From: Camelus dromedarius
Taxonomy: Eukaryota
DNA: 64,000 nucleotides
Reading direction: 5' to 3'
Assembly: GCF_036321535.1 (NCBI RefSeq)
Contig: NC_087436.1
Location: 57,290,001-57,354,000 of the forward strand
The notes under the pieces are model-generated. The model was not told where the DNA came from and made no database searches. It saw only the letters and a list, made by a program, of their open reading frames with translations. How positions within the stretch are numbered: the first letter of the stretch is position 1; each line of letters opens with the position of its first letter. Positions 63,271 to 64,000 of the stretch are shown here, piece after piece. The position numbers were made by a program, and so were the translations under genes.

Positions 63271-64000
63271 CCCACGCTTCTTGGTTCCTGTCCTTTTCTT
63301 TATCTTCCCCCAGACTTCTCTCCTCCCCTGCCTCTGCCTGGCGTCCCAGGATTTTAACCCATTCTCCTCTCCATTCGCCTTTTCTTGTTGGTGGCCCAGC
63401 AGAAGGGGAGAGACCTCAGTGGTCGGCGGCTGGAACTCTGCTCAGCCTAGGGGTTGAGGGTGGCTGGTGAGTGCGGGGTCCAAAACAGCGAGAAAAAGCG
63501 TTACCTTTTTATAACTATCCTCCTCACAAAACTAACTAACTGCAAGCGATTCAGCTGCTAGAGGTAGTCTTTAACTCTCACTAGTACTTGCTGGTTTTTC
63601 CAGATTGCAGATGATGAGTCTAGACTGCAATTGCCAAATGGGTCTGCTACTTTTACTTTCCAGCTCTAACTGGGCTTTGGAACTGCCCAGAAGTTGATCA
63701 CCTGTTTCTTGAACATTCAAATGAACAGAGAAGAGAAATAATTACAAGACACCCTTACATGAAAGACTACTTACTTGGTTAAGGTTTAAGTCTCTAAAAT
63801 CAATAGAAAGGCCTAGTGAAAGCTTTGGTCCTGTGTTGGTTAAGATTCTTTTTCTTTTTTTCTGGTCAAGCTGGGCCCCCAGTTAGCAAGGTCCCATGGA
63901 GAAGAGTTTAAACTTGCCTGTTGTCAAAAAGCCTCTTCCTTCAGCTTTCTGTGAAATCAAATAAGTTTCAAAAAGTGTGATGAGCCAAAACCCTCCACAA

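Noticed and set aside
62672..63457. Overlapping 96-187 aa Gly/Arg/Pro/Ala-rich ORFs
   Set aside because: These are a CpG-island composition artefact.
1..64000. CRISPR arrays, operons or other prokaryotic systems; foreign inserts
   Set aside because: There are no spaced repeat arrays or long dense ORFs, and the window reads as mammalian repeat-rich DNA throughout.

Overview
This is mammalian non-coding DNA, most likely camelid, judged from the tRNA(Ala)-derived vic-1-like SINEs and the style of the young L1 3' ends. I cannot support any intact protein-coding exon. The listed ORFs are chance frames, low-complexity frames or decayed L1/ERV frames. Much of the window is interspersed repeat: old and young L1, L2, MIR, MLT1 LTRs, ERV-L pol remnants, hAT MITEs and SINEs. 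Two CpG-rich promoter-like regions lie at the right end (~57.2-58.2 kb and ~62.7-63.3 kb); the second has a probable non-coding first exon of a gene I could not identify. The most notable observations are: (1) a tail-to-tail inverted L1 pair whose outer 225 bp are 100% identical while the rest has diverged; (2) ERV-L pol fragments in swapped order, followed by a candidate spliced post-pol ORF; (3) an isolated CpG/GC-box patch with a 29-codon membrane-peptide-like micro-ORF; (4) a minus-strand 6-nt microexon-like signature; (5) several tiny insertions flanked by target-site duplications (TSDs). Repeat subfamily names come from recognition by eye, and most repeat boundaries are approximate.
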